This document shows positions 18,639 through 27,879 of a stretch of DNA of 64,000 nucleotides, one piece after another; positions within the stretch are counted from its first letter, which is position 1, and every line of letters begins with the position of its first letter. The stretch is from Bacteroidia bacterium (GTDB taxonomy: Bacteria; Bacteroidota; Bacteroidia; M30B66): the NCBI GenBank assembly GCA_965279035.1, contig OZ257142.1, forward strand, positions 64,001 through 128,000, read 5' to 3'. Position numbers and translations under genes: made by a program. The notes beneath the pieces are model-generated. The model was given only the letters and a program-made list of their open reading frames with translations, ran no database searches and was not told the origin of the DNA.

Positions 18639-21629
18639 TTACCGAACAATCAACTTCTTTTGAACTTTTGAGCCATTGATGAGCGTTGCATCAACTAGAT
18701 ACATTCCGCTCGACAAGGATTGAATGTCGAACTGTTGAAGCACATTTGTATCGCCCGATTTACGAAGAAGCACTCTTCCAGAGATATCGCTGATTCGGAT
18801 TTCCTTCGCTTTCGATGGCAATAAAACACGAACACTTGTTGCAGCTGGATTAGGATAGATTTCTAATTCAGCTGTTTCATTTTGTGGTATAGTTAAAACA
18901 ATATCTTCAGCTATGGTATTCAGCGTGGTATTGGTTACAACCGGCTCGTTGAAATCGAAATATATGAGTGCTGTATTTTGGAATTCCGTTCCCGGATTGG
19001 TCGCATTTGCTTGGCGTTTCACTCTAAATGCAATCCAACCATGTGATTCGGGTTCATTGCTAAGCGAATCTGCCAAATTGATGTTAGGGAAAACGAAACG
19101 AATGAGATTGCCTTGACGGATTTCGGTTTGGTACGAATGACTAGCTGCCATCACCTGAAGCGAATTCAAATCGAAAAGAGAAGAAAGCGTGTCTTCCACG
19201 TAAATATTATCGGCGGGAGCGGTTCCTGTGTTTTGAAATTCAATAAGGAACTGAAAATCTTCTACCGCTGCACTTATCAACCCTTGCTCCCCTTGCCCTG
19301 CTGGATTCACATTTTTACGATTCGGATCGAAACTTCCAATTACCATACAATTCATATCGAAATGATTATTGTCGGAATCATCATCTTGAAGTAGTGGAAT
19401 GATTTCTCCATAAGAATGTAAAGCGTGTCCAACATATCCTGGATCTGGAGGCAAATCAACCCAAGTTCTGAAATAAGCGCTCTGTCCTGGATTGAGATCT
19501 ACTTGCCAAGTACAGGTATCACCATTTATTCCTAAGATAGTTACTTCATCCTCCGTTCCAGAGTAATGCCCTTCTGCACCATCAATCCACAAAGTATCAC
19601 TTATGACATGACGATAAATGAAACTGATAGGTAGATTCCCAACATTCTGAACGATGGATGGAACATAACTCGTATGTCCTGGAACTAATTGAGCACATCC
19701 GCCAAATACAATAGCAGCATCGTACACAGGAGCAGTAATCGTATCTCCGAAATTAATTCCGTTAATGATTTGGTTGAATGCTGTTGGGTTGACTAAAAGA
19801 GTATCCTCACAGAGTGTTCCCATCAAAGGATGATTAAAGCTGCTTTGATAAATATGTTGTGGACCAGGAGGAATACGTAACGTGTAATTCCCTATTGAAT
19901 CAGTCAATGCCATTCGATCAAATTCAGGAGAATAAACCATGACTGAAGAAACGGTAAGCTCATTGGTGTCCAACAAGCAATCTGCGTCAGCATCAAAGAA
20001 AACGGTACCATTTATCACAGCACAGCTATCGAAATTATTGATAATCGAAGGATAAAAAACTGTGCAATGTTGGTCGTTATCGTAAACACGTAAATTAAAA
20101 TTCTGTGCTGGAGAATTAAAAACACCTGTTGAAGTATCTGATACGCCTGCAATTCCCCAGTCGTAATGCAAAGAATCCAATCCTGGGAAACTGTAAATTG
20201 CAAATCCATCATCCTCTCCTGGGCAACTTACATCGCGCATTTGAACAATAGGAATGGATTGCCCTAGTGTATTTGTAGTAGGTAATAAGCGAGGAATCAC
20301 ATGCAATGTGTCTCTGAAATTGCACCCTGAAATAGTCATGGAATGCACTTCATAATCGCCGTATTGCGAAATGGTATAAGGTCCAGAACCATTAAAAACT
20401 TGATTATTTGCTAGGTTGGTCCATTCGGATAATTGAATTGGATAATTGGTTTGATTTTCGGGGTCGAGTGTTAGCGGATCGCCACAATAGAGGAACGTAT
20501 CAGCAGGAATTACAAAATTAACGTCTTGAACAGGATAGAAATAGCTGATAGAATCGACACAGGTACCTATTGTTCCTGCAAGACTAATGGTTGTGCTATG
20601 TTGAGGAATGTAATTGAAAAAATACGAAGTATCACTTTGTAGAACACCATCTACATACCAACGATAGTCGTCAAAACCAGTTGTTGAGTAGCAAGAAATA
20701 GGTGTTGTTGGATGACAATAGGGTGTTGTTGGCGGCTCGGGCAATACGAGGTAAATAGGGTTTTCGCAATTCGGGTCGTAAATGGCGAAATTATCGAATA
20801 GATAGCGCGATTGAAAAGTCACATCATGTGTTCCTGAATAATGAATGGAATCGAGCGGACTAAAACTTCCAACCATCAACCATTCTTCTCCATGTCCAAT
20901 AATATCTTGTTCAACAGTAAGTCCTGTATCTGAAATAATTTGTCCGACAGGAGTGACAGAAGTGGGTGTAATGGTATCAACAGGAACATTGGTATAAGAA
21001 CCTGCCCAATTAGGAGGATTAGGACTTAAATAAACACCTAATTGATCTTGCCAAACATTGGCTGTTGTTAGTTCTCCACTTGGATGAGCTGCAGCAACAG
21101 TGTAGCGTAAATGATAGGTTTTTCCATGCATTAGTGGGCGCGCCAATTTCACATACATGTATTCACGCAAATCATTGTGAGAAGTATTGCCGTAGGTAGT
21201 TTTAAGAATTAGTGCTCCGCTTATCACCACTCCATGAATGGCCGCATACGAAGTATTTACAGTAGAACCTACTAAAGGAACATTGCAACGCCAAGAGGCG
21301 GTATGTCCAAAATCAACATAAGCTTCGTAATTCCAACCGCTTGGTTGAGTAATTTGTGCTTGTCCAGTTGACCAACCGGAGCCAAAGTTTCCAAACGTAT
21401 GATATGAACTGGCGGAACAAGTTGGATTAGAACCGGAAAAGATAAAACCATTCAAATTTCCACTTGGAACTAAATTATAAGGACCATTAAATGACCAGCC
21501 TGCATTGGTTCCACTCTGTGCACCAGTTGGACTAATGGTTATATCGTCGTTGTAGTTTACTTGGGCTCGAAGTGTTCCAATACAAACAAAAAGAATCCAA
21601 ATAATATTTTTAACTGCTTTCATTTTCAA
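18639..21629 (-). CDS. Large T9SS type A sorting-domain protein
   Basis: Signal peptide; SFDPNRK, FQNTGTAPA and IYFDFNEPV module; CTD IYPNPA...SSGMYLV...KKLIVR. Confidence 0.85.
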   Translation of the reverse strand: MKMKAVKNIIWILFVCIGTLRAQVNYNDDITISPTGAQSGTNAGWSFNGPYNLVPSGNLNGFIFSGSNPTCSASSYHTFGNFGSGWSTGQAQITQPSGWNYEAYVDFGHTASWRCNVPLVGSTVNTSYAAIHGVVISGALILKTTYGNTSHNDLREYMYVKLARPLMHGKTYHLRYTVAAAHPSGELTTANVWQDQLGVYLSPNPPNWAGSYTNVPVDTITPTSVTPVGQIISDTGLTVEQDIIGHGEEWLMVGSFSPLDSIHYSGTHDVTFQSRYLFDNFAIYDPNCENPIYLVLPEPPTTPYCHPTTPISCYSTTGFDDYRWYVDGVLQSDTSYFFNYIPQHSTTISLAGTIGTCVDSISYFYPVQDVNFVIPADTFLYCGDPLTLDPENQTNYPIQLSEWTNLANNQVFNGSGPYTISQYGDYEVHSMTISGCNFRDTLHVIPRLLPTTNTLGQSIPIVQMRDVSCPGEDDGFAIYSFPGLDSLHYDWGIAGVSDTSTGVFNSPAQNFNLRVYDNDQHCTVFYPSIINNFDSCAVINGTVFFDADADCLLDTNELTVSSVMVYSPEFDRMALTDSIGNYTLRIPPGPQHIYQSSFNHPLMGTLCEDTLLVNPTAFNQIINGINFGDTITAPVYDAAIVFGGCAQLVPGHTSYVPSIVQNVGNLPISFIYRHVISDTLWIDGAEGHYSGTEDEVTILGINGDTCTWQVDLNPGQSAYFRTWVDLPPDPGYVGHALHSYGEIIPLLQDDDSDNNHFDMNCMVIGSFDPNRKNVNPAGQGEQGLISAAVEDFQFLIEFQNTGTAPADNIYVEDTLSSLFDLNSLQVMAASHSYQTEIRQGNLIRFVFPNINLADSLSNEPESHGWIAFRVKRQANATNPGTEFQNTALIYFDFNEPVVTNTTLNTIAEDIVLTIPQNETAELEIYPNPAATSVRVLLPSKAKEIRISDISGRVLLRKSGDTNVLQQFDIQSLSSGMYLVDATLINGSKVQKKLIVR

Positions 21630-21703
21630 ATATATCGTTAAAATTTTTAAATCTCCAACGTGAGTTTATTAAAATACATCCTCACTAAGTGAATCAGATT
21701 GAA

Positions 21704-22549
21704 TTATTGATTATTGACAATTAATTTCTGACGACTAGTTTTTCCATCATTTCCAATAAATGTAGCGATGTAAATTCCATTGACTTGATCAGAAATATCG
21801 ACTAAAGAAATGCGTTGTCCAGCCTGCTGTTTTATCGATTGAATTGTTCGTCCAGAGATATCTGCAACTTGTAAAATTCCAGCCGAGTTTGGAAGATAGA
21901 TATTAAATCGTCCTTGCGAAGGGTTTGGATATACTGGTATTTCAGATCGTTCCAAATCTAATGTTGATGCTGTTCCTTGCAAGGCAAGTTGATCGACAGT
22001 ATATGTAGAATTAAGAGAAACTGAAATGTCGGCAAATGAAATAAGAATGCGAGCTGTATCTGGGATTGAACCATTTGCAAAAGCTATTGGATATGAAAAA
22101 TAAGTATATTCAGATAATGGCTCTGTCAATTGAATAACAGATCCTCCAATGATATCACTTGAATCTCCCGCAACATTCCATAAATTAATTGCTGATAGAA
22201 TTTGAACCGTATCTTGATCAGGATTGTTTTTATGCCAACCAGAAAAGTAATACGGCTTTTCGGTTAATGGAATAGTAATTTGCATAAAACTACCGTAAGG
22301 ATCGCCAAAAGCAGCAGGAGGAATAATTAAACTTGCAGCAAAACTACCCATATGAGCATCTGTCGATTTAATAATATTGGGAGGATCACTAAAGATTGCT
22401 TGCAATGCATTACTTGTGAACCAGTTTGAAGGTTGCTCATATTCTCCTGATAGAACTTCCCAATTTTCAAAATCCTCCGACCAAATTGTTTGTGCTGGAG
22501 CATTAAAAACGATCATTAAAAGCAGAATAGATATAGCTATATTTTTCAT
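21704..22549 (-). CDS. T9SS type A sorting-domain protein with a putative carbohydrate-binding-like domain
   Basis: Signal peptide; DFENW...PSNW; CTD VYPNPS...NGIY...QKLIV. Confidence 0.8.
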   Translation of the reverse strand: MKNIAISILLLMIVFNAPAQTIWSEDFENWEVLSGEYEQPSNWFTSNALQAIFSDPPNIIKSTDAHMGSFAASLIIPPAAFGDPYGSFMQITIPLTEKPYYFSGWHKNNPDQDTVQILSAINLWNVAGDSSDIIGGSVIQLTEPLSEYTYFSYPIAFANGSIPDTARILISFADISVSLNSTYTVDQLALQGTASTLDLERSEIPVYPNPSQGRFNIYLPNSAGILQVADISGRTIQSIKQQAGQRISLVDISDQVNGIYIATFIGNDGKTSRQKLIVNNQ

Positions 22550-22579
22550 TATGAAGCATTTTGACAAAACTAAAGAATT

Positions 22580-23755
22580 TTATTTTGGATTTTCCAATCC
22601 ACCAGTAAAGAGAATAGCACCCGTTTGTTTATCACGAATAAGGAACAGAAAAGGTCGATCGGCTCTGAATTGTGGAATTTCGATATGATGCCTTTCTATG
22701 CTAGATTCAGTTACCATCATTACAACAGTAACCGCCGCTGCTTCAGTTCCCTTTTCATTTACTTCAACAAATGCTTTTTGAATTATTCGGCTGATTTCTA
22801 ATGGTGTTTTGTCTTTGGTCATCTTAGAAAAATCGGCACGATTAAATGGCGCATTCATTCCCATCTGCATCAATACATCTTTAAGTTCGTAAGAAGTTTC
22901 GAGTTTGAATTTTGGTAGCCAGAGCTCAACTTCCTGACTTTTTAAAGACCGCATGTTTTTAACTAGTTCTTTCGAATCTATCTCCTTTAACAATTGCTTT
23001 AACGAACTTCCTCTTTTAGGTAATAGAACAATCATGCTTAAATCATCGCCAGAATATGGAAGTTCAATGGCTTGATAACCGTCAAATTGAGCATACTTAA
23101 AATCATCTTTCGCATACATTAAACTGCACGCTGAAGTGCTTTTGTTGCTTTGATAAAATTGGGCAACCTGTGTATTCTCCTTATCAAAGGTTTTCACCCA
23201 ATCACCTTTGAAATAAATGGCGTTCGTTAAAATCAACTTTACTAAAGGAGTTATATCACCGGGTTCGAGCACTTTGGGGATTTTTCCATTGGTGTTTTTG
23301 GATGCCCAATCGTTAATGGGTTTTTCACTCGTTAATGGATAAACTTCAGCATTATAATATTTCTTCGTTATGGCTAAATAATCTGGATGAAGCTTCAAAC
23401 GATTCCATAAGGCATTTGCTACTGCTAATTTGACTTTCCCCTTTGCATTGATTTCAGCCATTCGTTTGCTCATCATTAAAAAGCCCTCATGAGTTAAGCC
23501 TTTTGGATAATGCATCACCTTTTCCATTTCAGAAGCAGTTAGTCCGCTCGCTCCTGCATAGGTCATGGCAAGAGCTGCGCTTAAACTATAAGGAGAGCAA
23601 AAAAGATTAGCTCCAGGTTTATACAGCTGTTGAGTTAATTCAAGGCTGTGACGATTGAGAGCTGAAACGAGCTGCTCTTGCGCCGATTGAATGGATGATT
23701 GAGCAAAGCTGGTTATGGTCAGCATGAGTGCCGACAGAAAAGAAAACGCTTTCAT
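22580..23755 (-). CDS. Secreted serpin (serine protease inhibitor)
   Basis: FCSPYSLSAALAMTYAGA, NAIYFKGDW, hinge EKGTEAAA, FRADRPFLF; signal peptide from ATG 23755. Confidence 0.92.
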   Translation of the reverse strand: MKAFSFLSALMLTITSFAQSSIQSAQEQLVSALNRHSLELTQQLYKPGANLFCSPYSLSAALAMTYAGASGLTASEMEKVMHYPKGLTHEGFLMMSKRMAEINAKGKVKLAVANALWNRLKLHPDYLAITKKYYNAEVYPLTSEKPINDWASKNTNGKIPKVLEPGDITPLVKLILTNAIYFKGDWVKTFDKENTQVAQFYQSNKSTSACSLMYAKDDFKYAQFDGYQAIELPYSGDDLSMIVLLPKRGSSLKQLLKEIDSKELVKNMRSLKSQEVELWLPKFKLETSYELKDVLMQMGMNAPFNRADFSKMTKDKTPLEISRIIQKAFVEVNEKGTEAAAVTVVMMVTESSIERHHIEIPQFRADRPFLFLIRDKQTGAILFTGGLENPK

Positions 23756-23843
23756 TATGGGAGGATTTTTTTGCCTTATGCGAATTGGAAATAGAAGTTC
23801 AAACATGTCCAAAAAGATTTCAGATAATCGGTAATTTGCGAGC

Positions 23844-24497
23844 ATGTTGGAATCAGCTACTAAACATACAGTTGCTATTGCAGATGACCATGCACTATTT
23901 GCAGATGGAATAGCATCCATGCTTTCGACACTTCCCAATGTTCAAATTAATGAACGATTTAGCGACGGAAAGCAGCTATGCGATTGGTTACGACACAATC
24001 GTGTTGATTTGGTTTTGATGGATTTTCAAATGCCTGTAATGGATGGCTTACAAGCGATGAAAGTTATTCAAGAAACACATCCCGAAATAAAGGTGCTTAT
24101 GTTGAGCATGCACGGAAATCCTTTATTGGTGCAAGAAGCAATGAAGTTAGGTGCGAGAGGATTTTTGATGAAATCGGCTGATAAAGAAGAGTTCCAATTA
24201 GCTGTGCAGAAAATATTAGCTGGTGGAAAGTATTTTTCAAGTGAATTGATGGAGAAGATACTTTCTAAACATTCTACTGAATCATCCAACCCAGGAGAAA
24301 CGCAACTTACAGAACGAGAAATTGAAATTGTTCGAGAAGTTGCAGCAGGATTATCGAGTCAGGAAATTGCTGATAAGCTATTCATAAGTGTTAGAACGGT
24401 TGAAACGCACCGTAAGAATATCATGAGCAAGCTCGATGTGAAGAATATGGCAGGTTTGGTGCGATTTGCCTTAGTAAACGGACTTATCTCGAATTAA
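23844..24497 (+). CDS. NarL/LuxR-family response regulator
   Basis: IADDH, LMDFQMPVMDG receiver; LTEREIEI...SVRTVETHRKNIMSKL HTH. Confidence 0.93.
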   Translation: MLESATKHTVAIADDHALFADGIASMLSTLPNVQINERFSDGKQLCDWLRHNRVDLVLMDFQMPVMDGLQAMKVIQETHPEIKVLMLSMHGNPLLVQEAMKLGARGFLMKSADKEEFQLAVQKILAGGKYFSSELMEKILSKHSTESSNPGETQLTEREIEIVREVAAGLSSQEIADKLFISVRTVETHRKNIMSKLDVKNMAGLVRFALVNGLISN

Positions 24498-26364
24498 ACG
24501 GAACTTTTACTGTACATAGCAATCCTCCTTCTGGAGCAGTTTCCCAACGTAGTTCACCCGAAATACTTTCAATTCGACTTTGAATATTTCGCATTCCCAT
24601 TCCACCCGATGAGCTCAATTCTAGGCCTTTCCCGTTATCCTCGGCAACGAGTAAAACATGCTCTTTTGTACGATAAAGCTGAAGACTGAATTTAGTCATA
24701 CCGGAATGCTTAATCGCATTGGCAATTAATTCTTGAGCTACCCGAAAAAGGGCAATTTCAACTTCTTCGGAAAGTCGCGCTTCTAGAGCAAACGATTCAA
24801 ATTCTCCATCGATTGAAGTACCCGAAAAACTACGTTCACACAATTCTTGAAGAGCTGCTTTCAAGCCCATTCGTTGCAATGTTACAGGCATCAACAAATG
24901 AGAAATATTTCTTGCTTCATCCAATGTTTCAGATAAAATTGCGAGCGATTCTCCAGAAGCATTTTCGTGTTGTTGCAATCTAATTTTTAAGGCACTCAGT
25001 TTCTGTCCGAGACTATCGTGCATTTCTTTTCCAATGCGTTTTCTTTCTTCTTCCTGAGCAAATAATATAGCCCGCAAACCTTCCTGTTGTTGCTTACTTC
25101 TTTCCTCAGATAATCGAATTTGCTGAATCAAGCGCATCCTTCTTGACCAAACATAGCTTGCTCCTAATCCAACAAGTATGAGCAAACTCAAGATGAAAAT
25201 AGTCTTGCGTGATGAAGAAACCGCTTCCTCACTAACCTCCAACTCTAAGGAACGAATGGCCTGCAACTGTTTTAATTCTTTGAGTTCTGCTTCTTTTTGC
25301 GTGGTTTGATAAAGTGCATCCCATTGAGCAGATCGGTCGGCCAAATCTGATTGAAAAATCTCTTGTTGTAACAGGGCTTCTTTCGACCGATAAGTTGCGG
25401 CTTCTTTGTAATTCCCAGTTTTTTCGAACGCATCCGCCAGGTTACGATAAGCGCGCATCAACTCTGGACGATCATTAATTCGCAGACAAATGGTTGAAAC
25501 CTGCTTGGCTAATTGAATGGCTTCGTGTAGCTGGTTTTCTTTAATGAGCACATTAGCCAAGTTATTCATGATAAGCACACAAGAAGCACTATCCTGCACC
25601 TGACTTACTAATTGAAACGCCATCCGGTGAGCATTTTCAGCTTCTTTGAGTTTTCCTAAAGTGGATAATAATCCGCCATAATTATCTAAGGTGCTAGCAA
25701 GGTTTATTGTGTCTTGTTCTGAACGCGCTATATCGAGCGCTCGCAGGTAGGCTTTTTCGGCAGAAGGATATTTTTGAGAGAGTTCGAATGCTGCAGCAAG
25801 TATGTTCAAGGTTCGGCCAACAAAGGTGTTGAGCCCTAGTTTTGTATAGAGTTTTACACTTCGTTCAAGATAGGGAATTGCTTCATTTGAACGTCCCATA
25901 TCGTTAAACAACATTCCAATATTTTGTGACACACGCGCTTGGATGCGTTCACTTTTCAAACTATCCGCCAGGTGCATGGCTTTCATAAAAGCAGGCAAAG
26001 CCATGGAATAAAGTCCCTGCTTGCGATAAATTAACCCGAAGTTGTTGTGAATATTGGCAATTCCGGGAATAAAATGCGCTTTTTGGTAATAGACCAATGC
26101 GGTGTCGTAATAATGTCCCGACAGGTTGAAATTTCCTTGATCATCGTAAATCGCCCCAAAAAGGGAGTAAACCGAACCAATGTAGCGTGAAAACGTGTCT
26201 TTCTTAGCCAGCTGCATGGCTTGATGTGCTATCCTTTCAGCTGTTTGAGGATCGTTGAATTTGATTCGCATGGTTGAGTCGACCAGCTTACGAACTTGAA
26301 GTGTATCGTTTGCCCTGAGCGAATGAAATGTGAAAAGAAAAGCTAGCGTTAGCAGTCGAATCAT
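24484..26364 (-). CDS. TPR-repeat sensor histidine kinase (HisKA_3 type)
   Basis: Extracytoplasmic TPRs, a TM helix, EEERKRIGKEMHDSLGQ, ELIANAIKHS, EDNGKG, GMGMRNI. Confidence 0.92.
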   Translation of the reverse strand: MIRLLTLAFLFTFHSLRANDTLQVRKLVDSTMRIKFNDPQTAERIAHQAMQLAKKDTFSRYIGSVYSLFGAIYDDQGNFNLSGHYYDTALVYYQKAHFIPGIANIHNNFGLIYRKQGLYSMALPAFMKAMHLADSLKSERIQARVSQNIGMLFNDMGRSNEAIPYLERSVKLYTKLGLNTFVGRTLNILAAAFELSQKYPSAEKAYLRALDIARSEQDTINLASTLDNYGGLLSTLGKLKEAENAHRMAFQLVSQVQDSASCVLIMNNLANVLIKENQLHEAIQLAKQVSTICLRINDRPELMRAYRNLADAFEKTGNYKEAATYRSKEALLQQEIFQSDLADRSAQWDALYQTTQKEAELKELKQLQAIRSLELEVSEEAVSSSRKTIFILSLLILVGLGASYVWSRRMRLIQQIRLSEERSKQQQEGLRAILFAQEEERKRIGKEMHDSLGQKLSALKIRLQQHENASGESLAILSETLDEARNISHLLMPVTLQRMGLKAALQELCERSFSGTSIDGEFESFALEARLSEEVEIALFRVAQELIANAIKHSGMTKFSLQLYRTKEHVLLVAEDNGKGLELSSSGGMGMRNIQSRIESISGELRWETAPEGGLLCTVKVPFNSR

Positions 26365-26428
26365 GAAGTATTATGAGCAGGACTAAATTGAGAAAAATGC
26401 TCTGATGAAAAACGATATTGCTTCTGAA

Positions 26429-26467
26429 TACGTGAAAATACGTAGACGAAACACGCAATCACAGGTA
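26429..26467. promoter_or_regulatory. Candidate tandem 7-2-7 NarL-type operator boxes
   Basis: TACGTGA-AA-ATACGTA (26429-26444) and CACGCAA-TC-ACAGGTA (26452-26467). Confidence 0.35.
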
Positions 26468-26608
26468 GAAATAGGAATTCGTACTGGGTGAATTTTGCAT
26501 TAACGGACTCATCGATTCAAATTCATCACATCAGCCGCCTTCGTGAGCCAGCCTGCTGTCCGTTCAGTCTGAAAAGTTCACGTTGGCGGTTTGTAAAACA
26601 AACGGACA

Positions 26609-27598
26609 ATGAAAAAATTAGTATCAGTAATCTTCCTTGGATTGATTTCATTGGGGATGCAAGCACAAGACAATATCAACGAATGGGTTGATGGGAAAAA
26701 GCTTTGGGTTGGATGTATAGAAAAGCCTAAACCTAAAATTTACAAACTCGATTTACGGGATGATGGAGGAGGAATTTTGCCTTATTATCCTGCACTTAAG
26801 ATTAAAAAACTTGCATTGATTAGTTTTTATGTAGCCGATGAAGAATTTACAACGAATCGAAGAAAATCGGTTTACAGCTACAATGTGGGAAATTATCGTG
26901 TTACTGAAACGCAACGTAAATCGGATGTTTATAGCACTGATGCAGGTTTTGTGAGAAAGCTAACACAATCGATGTATGATATTTATGTGACTTCTGCCAA
27001 AGAAGAATTGAAGAAAAACGGTCTTGAGCTTTTGGAATTGAATGAGTTATTTGCTCAAAATCCAGAAGCGGAGCAGATTTACAAGAACTTCAATCCAGAC
27101 GTTTCAGGCATTGGGAAAAGTCTGGCGGATTTTGGATCCTTTTTAACCGAAAGTGCCAGCGATTATAAAGATGGAAACATTGCCAGCGTGGATGGATATC
27201 GCATCTTTCCTACCGACTATTTTGATGATTATAAATGCAAACAATCCTTTGGAGTTCTAGCTAAGCAATTAGGAGTTGATGCTGTTGTAGTGAGTTTAGT
27301 AACGATTACGAATGAAAAGGGAAAATCGGTAAGTGTGAAGAGTGCTGGCAGTTTTGTTTTTGGTCCGAACCCAGTTGCAAAGCAGGATAAAAAATATGTT
27401 GGATTAGCAGGTGCAGGATATAATGAAGGATTCTTGTATTGGGGAATTCAGTTTAAACATCCCGATGGCGTTCCATTTTTGAAGATGAAAAAGGGAGAAA
27501 TTACGTCCTTTAGTTTGGATGGATTTGATCGACTGATAGATTTATCACTTAATGCAAGCTTAGGAAAGATTTGGGAAAGCTCTCAAATGAAAAAATAG
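26609..27598 (+). CDS. Secreted hypothetical protein
   Basis: Signal peptide MKKLVSVIFLGLISLGMQA; 329-aa ORF followed by a terminator. Confidence 0.8.
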   Translation: MKKLVSVIFLGLISLGMQAQDNINEWVDGKKLWVGCIEKPKPKIYKLDLRDDGGGILPYYPALKIKKLALISFYVADEEFTTNRRKSVYSYNVGNYRVTETQRKSDVYSTDAGFVRKLTQSMYDIYVTSAKEELKKNGLELLELNELFAQNPEAEQIYKNFNPDVSGIGKSLADFGSFLTESASDYKDGNIASVDGYRIFPTDYFDDYKCKQSFGVLAKQLGVDAVVVSLVTITNEKGKSVSVKSAGSFVFGPNPVAKQDKKYVGLAGAGYNEGFLYWGIQFKHPDGVPFLKMKKGEITSFSLDGFDRLIDLSLNASLGKIWESSQMKK

Positions 27599-27602
27599 CA
27601 AT

Positions 27603-27636
27603 AAAAAAGGGCAGTACCGATAAGTGCTGCCCTTTT
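27603..27636. terminator. Intrinsic terminator, probably bidirectional
   Basis: aaaagggcagtac-cgataa-gtgctgccctttt. Confidence 0.8.
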
Positions 27637-27879
27637 CAAACATTTTAATCAATTTAACCATTTTGTTAGGATCAAACCTAGCTTGAATTGCACATCGGTG
27701 ATATGCCTAAAATCAATTGAAACTTGATGCTATGTTAGCATTTTGAGAGCCGCTTTCATTAGGATTGAGTTCTCTCTCTGTTGAAGGATTTGCTGGATAA
27801 TGAGTTTAATATCCGTTTATTCCTAATGTTAACGAAGTCATGATAGCATTCTCTAATAAGGAACAAGATGTTTAAGCTT

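Noticed and set aside
23756-23938. N-terminal extension of the serpin ORF
   Set aside because: Overlaps the response regulator on the opposite strand; the signal peptide starts at ATG 23755
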